Source of the DNA: Octopus bimaculoides
Lineage: Eukaryota
DNA length: 64,000 bases
NCBI RefSeq assembly: GCF_001194135.2
Contig: NC_068990.1
Span: forward strand, 4,046,953-4,110,952
Direction: 5' to 3'
Position 1 is the stretch's first letter, and each line of letters opens with the position of its first letter. This document shows positions 14,458-28,674 of this stretch, in pieces. The notes under the pieces are model-generated. The model saw only the letters and a program-made list of their open reading frames with translations. It did no database searches and was not told the DNA's origin. The position numbers were made by a program, and so were the translations under genes.

Positions 14458-15526
14458 NNNNNNNNNNNNNNNNNNNNNNNNNNNNNNNNNNNNNNNNNNN
14501 NNNNNNNNNNNNNNNNNNNNNNNNNNNNNNNNNNNNNNNNNNNNNNNNNNNNNNNNNNNNNNNNNNNNNNNNNNNNNNNNNNNNNNNNNNNNNNNNNNNN
14601 NNNNNNNNNNNNNNNNNNNNNNNNNNNNNNNNNNNNNNNNNNNNNNNNNNNNNNNNNNNNNNNNNNNNNNNNNNNNNNNNNNNNNNNNNNNNNNNNNNNN
14701 NNNNNNNNNNNNNNNNNNNNNNNNNNNNNNNNNNNNNNNNNNNNNNNNNNNNNNNNNNNNNNNNNNNNNNNNNNNNNNNNNNNNNNNNNNNNNNNNNNNN
14801 NNNNNNNNNNNNNNNNNNNNNNNNNNNNNNNNNNNNNNNNNNNNNNNNNNNNNNNNNNNNNNNNNNNNNNNNNNNNNNNATATATATATATATATATATA
14901 CAAAGGGTTTCTTTTAGTTTCCATCTACCATATCCATTCACAAGGTTTGGTCAGACCAAGACTTTAGAAGACACTCAACCAAAATGCCACACAGTAGGAT
15001 TGAACCCAGAACCATGTGGTTGAGAAGTGAGTACACATCCATATATAAACAAATATATAAATACAAACTACCACAAGTGCACTTGCACATATATGTATCA
15101 AAGACTGAAATATATACACAAATGCACACACACACACACACGTGCATTTGTGTGTGTGTGTGCACACTGATAAGAATATATTCAAAAGTATGGACAAATA
15201 AAAGTAAAAATCTACCATTTAAAAGTGAATCATGTTAATATGAGGTCATGGCAGCTATTAATCTTTATGGAAGGCGGAAACCATACATACTAGATGTTAT
15301 GCATATGACCATAGTAGAAAAAAAAAACAAAAAAAAACAGATTCTTCAAAGGAACATAACAAAGAATGCAGTGTGGTGTTGTATGGCATGGCATGGTGTG
15401 ATGTCGTGTCATGCTATGGATGTGGGAAAATGAATGATGAAAAAAAAATATAAAAAAATTAATACTATAATGTAAGAGAGAGAGAGAATGAGGAAGGGTG
15501 TGTGAGAGATACAGATAGACAGAGAG

Positions 15527-15567
<41 letters not shown>

Positions 15568-15819
15568 GGATGGATTCCATTCTATATGAAATAATGAAAA
15601 TAGCAATTATGTATCAGAGAGAAGGTTAGGGTCTTGGCATATTCATTTGAGTGTCTGGATATACAGCATGACTTTACTCCCAATAGTGAATGGGATTTTC
15701 AATTAAAGCTCTCTTTCTCTCTCTCTCTCTCCCCCCATCTCTATCTTACCTCTCTCTCTTGCCCTCTCCCTCTCACACTCTCTCTCTCTTCCTCTCACTT
15801 TCTACCACACTGCCTCCTC

Positions 15820-15862
<43 letters not shown>

Positions 15863-16463
15863 CTATTTATCTTAATTTGCATTTCATCATCACAGTTTGG
15901 AACTCTCCCAGGATATTTAGACAGTTCATGCCTATTTGATGTGACTATGAAGGACAACAACAAGAATGGTTTTTTGTGGGGTGTTTTTTTGTTTTTTTTG
16001 CCATTACAAGGATAACATACTACAGAAAATAATTTTAGACACAACCTCCACTACCACCACTACCACTGCCAATAATAATAATAAAAATAATAATGATGAC
16101 AATGGTGGTGGTGATGATGATGATGACCAAATTGTTTCCATTTATTGGATATGATCCCCCCCCCACTCCACTACAATCACATATGCACTTCCTGAACCTA
16201 TGTCTAAGTCAACCTATATTATAACCTATTTTATAAATATAAGAAAAATGAAAAATAAAATACAATAAAATGAAATAACTGACATAAAAAAGGCACAAAT
16301 GATCACCAAAGACAAATATTTCAAACACTAGTTATGTTATTTTGGGTATATTTTTTTTCCCAGATTTATTTATTTGAATTGTCTTCATCAACTATACATA
16401 ATTAATTCGTATTTCTAATGGTATTATAATTAGAAATTGTTGAGCTGATAATAAATTACTAGC

Positions 16464-16494
<31 letters not shown>

Positions 16495-16501
16495 TATTAT
16501 A

Positions 16502-16536
<35 letters not shown>

Positions 16537-19500
16537 CCTTTCTACTAAAGGCACAAGGCCTGAAATTTGGGAGAGAGAGAACTAGTTGATTACATCAACT
16601 CCAGTGTTTCACTGGTACTTAAATTATCGACCCCAAAAAGATGAAAGGCAAAGTTGACCTCAGCAAAATTTGAACTCGGAACGTAGCAACAGGCAAAATA
16701 CTGCTTAGCATTTTGTCCAGCGTGTTAATGATTCTACCAGCTCACTGCCTTAACAACAACAACAATAATAATAATAAAGTGTTATCATATACATGTTTTA
16801 TCTTGATGTAAAAGATGGGCTGCAGCAAATATTCTGCTCAATACCACAGATTTGCTTGTGTTTGACCTCAACCAGTTGAGCATGTCCCTTAGTGGCTGAC
16901 GATATGTGCATCTCTGATCATAAGCAGGAGTAATTGGGGAGCATCATAGCCATGCGTTGAGAGGAATTCTTTATGGTTTGAATAATTCACTTTTGGAAAC
17001 AACCCTTATTCAGGGACCTTTTGAGCTGGATGGGCTACTCAGTATGAAGAAAACTCTAACAGGACCCCACCTGCAAGGTCATGTGCTGTTTATCTTGATA
17101 TAACATTACCATATTTGTGATGCGGGTGCCCAGTGTACCCTTATCAAATGGGTAGTCATGATGGGTATATTGGGCTTTGTGTATCTGTATCAAGTGTCAC
17201 TTTGATGGCATACACTACTTTATGGTTTATAATTTAAGCAAAGGTTGGTAATTTTCAATATGGGAGTAAGTCAATTACATCAACCCCAGTACTTCGCTGG
17301 TGATTTATTTTATCAAGCCTGGTTGAATGTAAGTTGACCTTAGCAAGATTTGAACCCGGAATATAAAGAACTGAAAGAAATGCTTTTGCCAGCTTGCTGC
17401 CATGAAAAATGATGATGATGATGATGATAATTCTTTCTACAATAGGTAGAACTAAAATTTGGGGGAAAGGGATAAGTTAATTACAATAACCTGTCTTCAA
17501 CTGGTACATGTTTCACCAACCTCATAAGGATGAACAGCAAAGTCAATGAGGACATAAAACTGGATGAAATGCAGCTGAGAATGTTGTCCAGTGTGCCAAG
17601 ATTCTGCCAGCTCACTGCCTTTAAGAGTAATAATGATAATTCTTTCTACAACAGGCACAAGGCCTGAAATTTTGAGGAAGTGAGATAATTGATTATTTCT
17701 GCCTAATCATCATCTAGGTCATTCAGAGGAAAGTGCCCTCTCCATGTATTTTGAATAAATTTAGTTTTCATCCATCTATTTTCCTATCTTTTCTTCCTTC
17801 TCTGATGGTCTATTACTCCTCTCCAGATTCCATTTTCTTCCCATCATGATGATGAGATGGTACAGCTGGTTGAGACCGAGGAGGAGACAAATGGTCTCAA
17901 CTTCTGGTTTCAGGGTTGAGGTGTGTCTTTCAAATATCTTTGGAGCTGCAGCCAATACTACAACAGGTAGTACTTTTAGAGCAGCAACCTCCAGGATTTG
18001 CCGTTGTTGATATTTCTGTTTCTGTCCACTGCTTGTTATCTTCCTTAACATTTCCAATTCCTCAGAGCAGAAAGTACTCAAATGGCTCTCACTCCAACAT
18101 GGACATTAGCTGGCCTTTCTACCTTGCACCATTAATTACATTGCATTATTTTTCTTTCTGTTTTTTTTTTGTTCTTTGTTTTAACACTGACAATGGCAAT
18201 AAAGTGCAATTTTGAAATTGCTGCAATTCAAAAGAAAAAATTTGAAGTTGTCTAAACTGACTCCCTCCTGACCATATAATAATTTTCATCACTTGTGTAC
18301 TGAACATCTGCCTCTGTAGCACGGCATAAATAACAATAAACCAAGAGTCAATGGCTATAATACAGCGTGAGTCTATGGACAGGCATGTATTGCACCTGCT
18401 TGGTCAGTTACCTCATCATCAGTCTTGGAAACCATGCTGGTATCCCCATGTGGTATCCCACATCATCCTCCTCTCCACACACAAACTGAATGCGCCCTCT
18501 GCATTTCCTTTTGCCTATTCTTGGGCAAGGAGATATGCTCATTTATAAATTCTTCCACAACGAAGACAACTCTGTTATTTATCATCTCCATTGCAAGCAT
18601 AACACTCTGCTAAGTTAACCTTGTGGTCACTCGGCCTGCTAGAAATAGCAGCCATATCTCACTTCAAAAAATCTTCCAATCAACCAGAAATGAATGTGTG
18701 CTAACTTCAGTAGGTGTGTCTGCTATCATAGTGCTTGGTTGACCAAATCATTGTGGTTGAAATTTGGTAGAAAGAAACTGCATGATAGCCCAAAAGAAAG
18801 ACACCCCATGTTCTTGGAAGCTGGGTAATATCCATGCCCTGTTTTCAACCCTTTTGACAGCAACCGGCCTGAAACTGCCACTGATTTTATGACACAAACT
18901 TCATTATCATCACCATCATCATCATTTAATGTCCATTGTCCATGCTGGCATGGTTTGGATGGTTTGACCAGGGTTGGCAAGCTGGAAGGCTGTACCAGAC
19001 TCCAGTCTTAGTTGGAATGGTTTCGATGGCTGGATGCCCTTCCAAACGCCAACCACTCCAAGAGTGTATTGGGTGCTTTTACATGCCATCAGCATGCAAA
19101 CTTCTAATTTAAAACTGATCTGGATTAAAACCTTCAATCAAAACTTTATGTTAATCCGTGTTCCGAACGCCAGCATAATAATGACAAAGATATTTTACTA
19201 AATTCTTCATTTATTTCAAAATGAACTTATGCAAAGACAGTGTGTGGTAACAAAAGTGTTAACACCATCACCAGACCACTGAATGCCTTTAGGAGAATAA
19301 ACTTTGTTGCAAGGTTAAGGGTTAGGATTAGGATTAGGGTTAGGATTGGGATTGGATTAGGGTTAGGTCTGAAGATAACATACTCCCACAATCTGGAAAG
19401 GCCTTAAAAGGGTTACTGATGTTGCCAATCCTCTTCTGAGAAAAGCAACAGCATTAAAAACAAAGAAAAACAAAGAAAAATTTATTTTCTCTATAATTTG

Positions 19501-21975
19501 AGACTATTTTAAACTTATTTTTTTTTTTTTTTAGCTTTGTTAAATAAAAATTACAAAAATGTTTCATATTTTCATATTTGTTTTTTCTTTTTTTTCTCCA
19601 TTTCTCTTTGGTATTTGACCAACAAATGATCTAATTTCTTTCTTTTATCTTCTTTTTTAAACAAAAACAATAGAAAATGAGTGTAAAACAATAGCTACAA
19701 TTTATTTATCTCAAAAAATCCCAAACACACACACATACATACATACACACACACACACGCATATGCACACTGTCATTTTGACAGTCTTTCTCCACCGATC
19801 TCTCTCTCTCTCTCTCACTTTCTCCCTCTCTCTCAGTTTTGAATATAAAATTTTCTCTTTTTTGTTTTTTAATAGCAAAAATGTACCGAGTCACCCCAAG
19901 GATAATTACAAATGTGAAACAGAAAAAATAAATAAATATACAAACAAACAAACAAACAAACAAACAAATAAAATGGAAGAAAAAGAAGATGTGTGTTAGA
20001 TGCAATAATAATGATGCATCCGCAGAGAAATGATGATCTAATTGGTAGCTATGGTAATTTGTTGAAAGTCAAATAAAAGATTTGAAGTTCACCTAATAAT
20101 AGTGAGAAATAGTTGCGATGAGGAGGAGGGTGTGTGGGTGTGTGTGTGTAGTAGGGTTGTTGTTTCTTGATTTGGTGGTTGTCATAGTGGTGGTCGTGGT
20201 CGAAGGGTTTGTTATAAGTGGTGATGGTTGTGACATTAGAGGCGGTGGAGGTGATGGCAATGATTGCTGGGGGGGNNNNNNNNNNNNNNNNNNNNNNNNN
20301 NNNNNNNNNNNNNGGGGGGGGGGGTTCTGATAGTATGAGTGGTTGTGAAAGTGGTTGTGGTTGTGGTTGTAGTTGCAGCAGTGGTGGTAGTAGTTGTGCA
20401 GATGGTGGCTATGGTCTTCATTGTAGTGGTAGTAGTAATTATAGTGGTAGTCGTGGTTATGGTAATGGTTATAGTGGTGAAGGTTTTGGTGCTAGTGGTT
20501 AGGGTTCTGGTAGCATGGGATGTTGTAGTGATTGTGGTTGTGGTAGTGATGGTTGTGGTTGTGGTAGTGGCTGTAGTGGTGATGGTAGTTGTTGTGGTGA
20601 CTGTTGTAGTGTAAGTAGCAGTTGCAATGGCAGTGTTTGGGTTTTTTATAGATAGTTGTGGTGGTAGTGTTAATAACAATTGTGTTGGTGGTGGTGGTGG
20701 TAGTGGTGATTGTCACCTTGATTGTGATAGTGGTTATGGTGGTATGAGTTGTAGTAATAATAGTAGAGATGATTGTGATGGTGGTCGTAGTAGCAGTGGT
20801 CGTAGTATGAGTAGTTCTTGTAGTAATAATGCGGTGGTGGTGGTGGTGGCGGTGGCAGTAGTAGTGGTTGTAGTTAGTCTTTTATCTTTTTACTTGTTTC
20901 ATTCGTTGGATTGCGTCCAAGCTGGGGCATCACACCTGATGCGTATTTTGAGTCAAAGAGATTGCTGACATCAGTGCCGCTTATTCTATTGGTCTCTTTT
21001 GCTGAACTACTAAGTTACAGAGACGTAAACAAACCAATACACATTTTCAAGTATTGAAGGGAAACAAACACAAATACACACACATACACATAAATATATA
21101 TAATTGAAAGAAGCCCAGTGTATATCAAAATATAGGTATGTGGTCTGATCAATAAGTGTCCGGATTGTTGCCTTAGTAACGAAGCTAAAGCACACAGAGT
21201 GAAGTTGCTAGGCACAGATTGAACTTGAACTCTGCTGTGCATAAGCACTAAGTTTTAACATTTTTGCTCACTTCTGCTATTTACAGCAGTGCTTGGAAGG
21301 AAGGTGTGTAGCTTGTGATCATCGCATTGACCATGACTGAGAAAGTTGAGCAGGGAATCTGCATCAAATCTTGCCAAAAGCTTGGTGATATGCAATGTTT
21401 TCAAAAAGTTTTCAGCGTTCTCAACACAATCAAGATCTTGTGCAACTGAAACCCAAGTGTCTTTTTGGTCAGCTAAAAGCAGTTGTGGCACAAACATGGC
21501 AGACATGCATCTCATACCTAAATCTTCAGTGATAATGGATTGAACTGAACTGTAACTAATTTGTACATCCTCTGATAACTCATGGATGGTGATTCAACGA
21601 TTTCACCTCACAGCTGCGCACACATCTGCAGTGTTTTTCTCACTTCTGCTGGTTGCAGGTCTCCAAGAACGTTCATCAATATCAACATTTTTTCAGCCAT
21701 CTCGGAAACGTCTGAACCACTCATACACTTGCGTGCAGCTCGTACATTCCTCTCCATACACTTTCTGCAACCTTGCGTAGGCCTCTGAGCAGGTATCACC
21801 ATGACAACTTTCTCTGCACCTTGGGCAAGTGTCTTCTACTATAACCTCAGGCTGACCAAAGCCTTTGGAGTGGATTTGGTAGATGGAAACTGGAAGAAGC
21901 CCATCGTACATACATATATATATATATATATATATCACAGTTTAATGACTGAAATAAGTAAAAGAAAAATGATAA

Positions 21976-22008
<33 letters not shown>

Positions 22009-22308
22009 NNNNNNNNNNNNNNNNNNNNNNNNNNNNNNNNNNNNNNNNNNNNNNNNNNNNNNNNNNNNNNNNNNNNNNNNNNNNNNNNNNNNNNNNNNNN
22101 NNNNNNNNNNNNNNNNNNNNNNNNNNNNNNNNNNNNNNNNNNNNNNNNNNNNNNTCCATACACTTTCTGCAACCTTGCGTAGGCCTCTGAGCAGGTATCA
22201 CCATGACAACTTTCTCTGCACCTTGGGCAAGTGTCTTCTACTATAACCTCAGGCTGACCAAAGCCTTTGGAGTGGATTTGGTAGATGGAAACTGGAAGAA
22301 GCCCATCG

Positions 22309-22352
<44 letters not shown>

Positions 22353-22818
22353 CACACACACACAATGGGCATCTTACAGTTTCCTGCTACCAAATCCAAA
22401 ATCCATTCACAAGGCTTCGGTTGGCTCAGTGCTACACTTTCCCAAGGTGCCACACAGAAAACACTTGCCCAAGGGGCCACATAGTGAGACAGAACCCAAG
22501 ATCACAAGGTTGAAAAGCAAGATTCTTTAACCACATTTCCGTGCCTGCTCTTAGTAATTTTTTTTTTTCTTTGACATTGTCAATCCATATAATTCTTCTT
22601 GTCAACAACTCTTAATGTATGGCATAGATTATGGAAGCTCAAAACAACAATTTCTTAAACTTTTGATATCCAAATGGGAGATGTGAAGAAAGAGAAAAAA
22701 AAGGAACTCTGAGAAAAGAGAAGCAGAGAGAGAAAGCTAGGGGGACATGCAGACAAAGACAGAGAGAAAAAACATAAAAAGAGGCTGATAAAAATGGGAG
22801 AAGGAGAGAGTGGAAATG

Positions 22819-22862
<44 letters not shown>

Positions 22863-23326
22863 AGGAATGACAGATAAAATATAATCAAGCATTGTTTCAA
22901 TGTGACAAGAAAGAAATACATTTCAAGGAAAACTATTGGAATTATTCATCATTATCAGAATCATCATCATCATCATAATTATAACAATTATTGTGTAGAA
23001 CACAAATGTGATTGGTTGAAGTGGCTGTCCCATCTCATTTGCAACCTCGTCTTTGTTTTCTGGCATTAAAAAAAATATATAAAAAGACAAAACGTCTAGA
23101 GTCTTGTTATTTTGGAGGGTTCTTAGGGAGGTGGGGAGACATGTTTTTAGTTTATTATTTTATAGGCATGGCTGTGTCAGAAGCTTGCTTCTAAACACAT
23201 AGTTTCAGGTTGGCTTCCATTGCATGGCATCTTGGGTGTCTTCTACCATAGCCCTGAGCCCAACCAAAACATTGTGAGTGGAATTTGATAGACAGAAACA
23301 GAAAGAAGCCCATTGTATAAATAAAT

Positions 23327-23392
<66 letters not shown>

Positions 23393-26300
23393 GTGTGTAG
23401 GTGTAAGCATGGCTGTGTGGTAAGAAGCTTGCTTCCGGTGAACCAGAGTGGACGTGGGTTTGTTGCGCTCCATTCATTGAAAGAAAAAAAGAACAAAAAC
23501 AGAGAAGGTCGGTGAGGTAGGTGATTTTGTTTTACCTGAGCTGGGCGTAATTTGTTATAGTGTAATTTTTGTTAATAAATTTCATACAGCTCTGGGACAA
23601 TTTCTCCTGCTCTCGGTGGCTGTTTTTGTATATTGCGAATTCTTTAGATTCGTTTCAAATAAAGGGGCGTATCCTCGCCCGAATGAATAGAACCTGATAC
23701 AGTTGCTGTTGCAGCCACCGTTGGCCGTAGCCTGTATTCGTGTTTGGATTTATTGAATTTATTTTACCAAGGACCCTATCCACCTTCGGCCAGGAGTACC
23801 TGTTGGCCAGGAAATTGGATTTTTGCTGTGTTTTTCTTTCTCCGTCTATCTTTCCTGATTTTTTCTTTCTTTTTGAACTGTTTATTTATTTTTTGGACTT
23901 CTTTGTCTTATTTTTTTTACTGTTCTGTTAACTGTTTGTGTATCTTTTTCCTTTTGGACTTTTTTCTTTGACCTTTCTTTAAACTTTTAAGACTTATTTC
24001 TTTTTGCACATGGCAAAAATAAACAGTGCCGCTGCTTTGGAGTGGGAGGTGGTCCCACCCAAACATTGGATTAAAGATCTTGAGAAGAGGACGGTGGTAC
24101 TACAGACCAGTATATTTGTACTGTGATAACAGAGGAAAACAAAAGTACACAAAATATACAGTATTTAGAGGTCAGGGAAAAGCAGGCCACACTCAGGGTT
24201 CTGGCATTGCTAACAACTAGAAAGTCCACATTTGTTTTACTTTTGTTATCCACCCTTACACAAAAGTCAATAAAAAAATTACCAGCTGATCACTGAAGTC
24301 AATGTAATCAGTTTGCTCCATCCCCCAAACTTGCTGGCCTTGTATCAAAATTTGAAATCATTAAGGCAGCAAGTTGGCAGAATTGTTAGCATGTCAAGCA
24401 AAATGCTTTGCAGCATTTAGTCTGCCTTTGCAAAAAAAAGGTGGCGAAATGGCAGAATCATTAGCATGCAGGACAAAATGCTTAGCAGTATTTCACCATT
24501 GTTCTGTTCTGAGTTCAAATTCTGCCATGGTTGACTTTGCCTTCCATCCTTTCAGGGTCAATAAAATAAGTACCAGATGAACACTGGGGGCGATGTAATA
24601 GACCTCCTCCCCCTAAATTGCTGTACTTGTAACAAAATCTGAAACCATTATTATTATTATTATTACTACTACTACTACTATTACTATTATTATTATCATC
24701 ACCAAAAAAGGTGGTGATCAGGCAGAATTGTTAGCACACTGAGCGAAATGCTTTGCAGCACTTTGTCCGTATTTACATTCTGATGCCGCCAAGGTCAACT
24801 TTGCCATTCATCCTTTCGGGGTTGATAAAATCATTACCAACTGAGATCAACAAGAACAATGGTAAAAAAAAATCAAGATCAAAGAGAATTCAATGCTCAC
24901 GCAATTGTACCTCCTGTGAATAGCTAAGAAAAGAAAGAAATGGGGAAAATAAAATAATACAGTTTAAGCTCAAAAAGATTCAAGCCAATCTACTTACATA
25001 GCAATCTCTGTTTGTAGGTCCTGTACAGCCTCCAGCACATTCACTATGGCAACACTGACTGCTTGTAGGACCAAAGCACCTATATGCACAAGAACTGGAG
25101 CAAGCTGAACCATTATTTTCTAGAAAGGATCAGAAAAATTACATGTGTATCACATAGGTATATATTTACACACAAATAAACACGCACACGCACACATACC
25201 CACATGCACGTGTGCACACATGCATGCACACAATGTGCTTTCATAGTTTCCATCAATCACGTTCCACTTAAAAGACATTGTTCAATCCAAGGTATGAAAA
25301 GAAAAGAAAATGCTTACTCGGGGTTTCATATTGTGGGACTGAACCTGGAACCATGCAATGAAACTCATATGAAATAAATGCTGAGCAAAAACTCACGTGT
25401 TTGACACATGTCTATACCAAGGCCCCAACAACTAATAGTATCAGTCCGCAGTTTGTGACAGCCATGTATACAGCCATAACCTATAAAATGAAGCATCGGT
25501 TTCATTGTGTAAAGACTTCAGTTTTCATTTAAATAAAATAATATGAAGAAATATTTTTAGTAAATATCATTATTATTATTAGTAGTAGTAGTAGTAAGGT
25601 GGCGAATTGGCAGAATCGTTAGCACACAGGGCAAAATGCTTAGTGGCATTCCATCCATCATTATGTTCTGAGTTCAAATTCCACTGACATCAACTTTGCT
25701 TTTCATCCTTTCAAAGATAAATAAAGATAAAATAAGCACCAGATTGACACTGGGGTCGATGCAATTGACTTATCACCTCCCCTGAAATTGCTGGCCTTGT
25801 GCCAAAATTTGAAACCAATATCATTATTATTATTGAGTGAGAGCAGCACATACCATCAAAGTGATGCTGGGGTACAAATATAAGAAGCCCAATATACTTA
25901 GAATGACTGTCTGTCAAATAAGAGTACACCAGGCACTTGCATCACAACCATATGTGCACAACATGGTAACTTCGTATCAAGATAAACAGCACATGACCTT
26001 GTAAATGGGCCCCAGTTTAGAACTTTCTTCTTATCATTATTATTATTATTATTATTAATTGTGAAATGCATAGCAGCACTTTGTCTGTCTTTACCTTCTG
26101 AATTCAAATTCCACCAAGGTTGACTTTTCCTTTCATCCTTTCAGGGTCAATAAAATGAGTACCAGTTAAGCACTGGAGTCAATCTAATGGACTTATCTCC
26201 TTCCCCAAAATTTTTGGCCTTGTGCCAAAATTTGAAACCATTATTATTAGTAGTAGTAGTAGTAATGTTGATAAGACAGTGAGCTGGCAGAATTGTTAGC

Positions 26301-28639
26301 ACGCCGGGCAAAATGCAGCATTTCATCTGTCTTTACATTTCAGGGTTGATAAAAAAAGTACCAGTTGAATGCTGGGGTCGATGTAATCAAATATTCCCCT
26401 GCACCACAATTTCAGGTCTTGTGCCTTTAGTAGAAAGGATTATTATTAATGTTGTTAGCATGTTGGACAAAATGACAGAACCATTAGCACGTTGGATAAA
26501 ATGCTTAGCAGGATTTCACACATCTTTACAGTTTGAGTTCAAATCCTGCCAAGATTAACTCTGCCTCTCTTTTTTTCAGTGTTGATAAAATATGAACCAG
26601 TTGACCATTGGGGTCAGTAATCGACAACCCCACCCCTACCACAAAATTCAGCCTTGTGATTATAGTAGAAAAAATTATCATTAAGAATGCAGCAGTAGCA
26701 GTATGGCAGAAATGGTAAATAACTTTGAATTTAGTTTTACAATGAAATAAAATGAAAGATGGACAAAATAGAACAATTAGAAATATAAGTAAATGACGTA
26801 GAATATTAGAATCATTGAATAGACCTTACATTTTGCCTTTTCTGTTTCATGGTAGACCACTGCAACTTGGGAAGTTCGTGGAACTATAAGAGTCCATGCT
26901 ATGGTGTCAATGAAACACAGAAAATTGTTCTTGTAGATGACCACATTACCATTACTAATTTCTGAAAAGATAATCAAAAAATAATTAAGAAATCTAATGG
27001 TGACACACAAACATAACTGATATCCATATTTGTTACTCAAATTTCAAGTGCTCTTGATTTTATTTGTTAATAGTAATTGTTATCTAACTAAACAGTTCTA
27101 ACGGAGCAAAGATATTGAAGAACAAAGCACTTCTGTCACGACAGTCCTATCTTTTTGGATATCTAGGATGAGGATTCCCAATTTTTTTCTTTCTACCGAA
27201 ACAAAAAAGATTGCTGGTTACTTTGAGATAAAACAATAAAATTACTGGTGCACTTTACATTGGAAATTTGTTTTAAATGGAAAAACCACTAAACTACTTA
27301 GCCCTGGATATGCTTTTAAACTGCATCTACTGGTCAAGAGATTTGTTGTCCAGGGCATCCTTCCTTCGTTGAGAAAATTTAGTTGCTATTTCTGACAAGC
27401 AGAACAACCACATAAAAGTTCCTGACATCAAAGTAAAAGGAGCAAGAAAAAAAGAGCCCAGACTAAATGTTAGTCTCAAAACTTTTGGACCAACACTTCA
27501 ATTCATCATACTCCTTTTGTGCCAGTATACTGCACACACACAAAATGTGATTGATACTTTCATTTCATTTCCTGCAGATTCTACGTTAGCCATCTGACTG
27601 GGTTTTGTTGATCTTTGCCTTTATCAGATTTGTTCTAAGGGCTTGTTTGTGAGTTGTGCTAAAACTAGTGCTTCAGTCTTTCATTTCAATTTCCCATCCA
27701 TCAACCAAAGCCAGCATTCTTTACTTCCAGCATTTTTGGTTTGTTGTACAAATCAGCCATGTAATTCCATTTCTTCCCATTTGTTTGTTCTGGTGTTCTT
27801 CATTTTCTGTTTGAATTCTCCAACTGTTTCAGTCACTTTTTGGATATCTCTGTCTGCCAATAAGTATTCTTTCTTTACTCTGCGCACAACATAATTTTTC
27901 AGACCCAGAATTGTAGTATTAACAGTGTCTTCTGTGATGAGTAATCCTCTGTCACCTTCCTTTCTTGGTAGATAGAATCAGTCGGTATTACTTTTACAGG
28001 GTCAAGTGTGTTCTTCATTGTGAGCAGCTTTCTTGTTCTTATATCCAAGTTCTGTAACTTGACCTTTGTCCATTGCAAAAAGGGAGCAGAGTATCTCAGT
28101 ACTGTGGTATAGCCCATGTCTTTATGGCTTTAATGATGTGTCCTCCATTTAACTATTTCAAACACCTTTCTAATTCTCCTCTTGTACTCTCTATTGACAT
28201 TCTCTCTCATATGCTTAGCACGATTTTGCCTGTTTTTATGTTCTGAGTTCAAATTGCTTTTCACCCTCTTTAGGTTGATAAAATAAGTACCAGTTACACA
28301 CTGGGGTTGATGTAATCAACTTACCCCTCCCCCAGAATTATTGACCGTGTACCAAAATTCGAAATCAACATCATTATTATTATTAATATTATTATTATTA
28401 TTACTATTATTACTATTATTATTAAGGCCATGAGCTGGCAGAACCGTTAGCATGTTGGACGAAATGCTTAGAAGTATTTCGCCCAACACTACATTTCTGA
28501 GTTCAAATTCTGCTGAGTTCGACTTTGCCTTTCACCCTTTTGGGGGCCAATGAAATAAGTACCAGTTATGCACTGGAGTCAATGTAATCAACTAGCACCC
28601 TCCCCCCAAATTTCAAGCCTTGTGCCTATAGTAGAAAGG

Positions 28640-28674
<35 letters not shown>

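Noticed and set aside
17776-18613. Coding-looking ORFs of 60-100 aa in intron 5
   Set aside because: No recognisable domain, no consistent splice signals, and not needed for the EGFR frame; probably decayed TE sequence.
20118-20968. Thr-, Val- and Gly/Ser-rich ORFs resembling a mucin
   Set aside because: Degenerate trinucleotide repeat that is open in several frames on both strands; no splice or domain support.
21756-22335. Direct duplication of ~180 bp across a gap (21756-21935 vs 22156-22335); likewise 46926-46996 vs 47007-47076
   Set aside because: Identical sequence on both sides of an N-gap is typical of unmerged contig overlaps, not a biological duplication.
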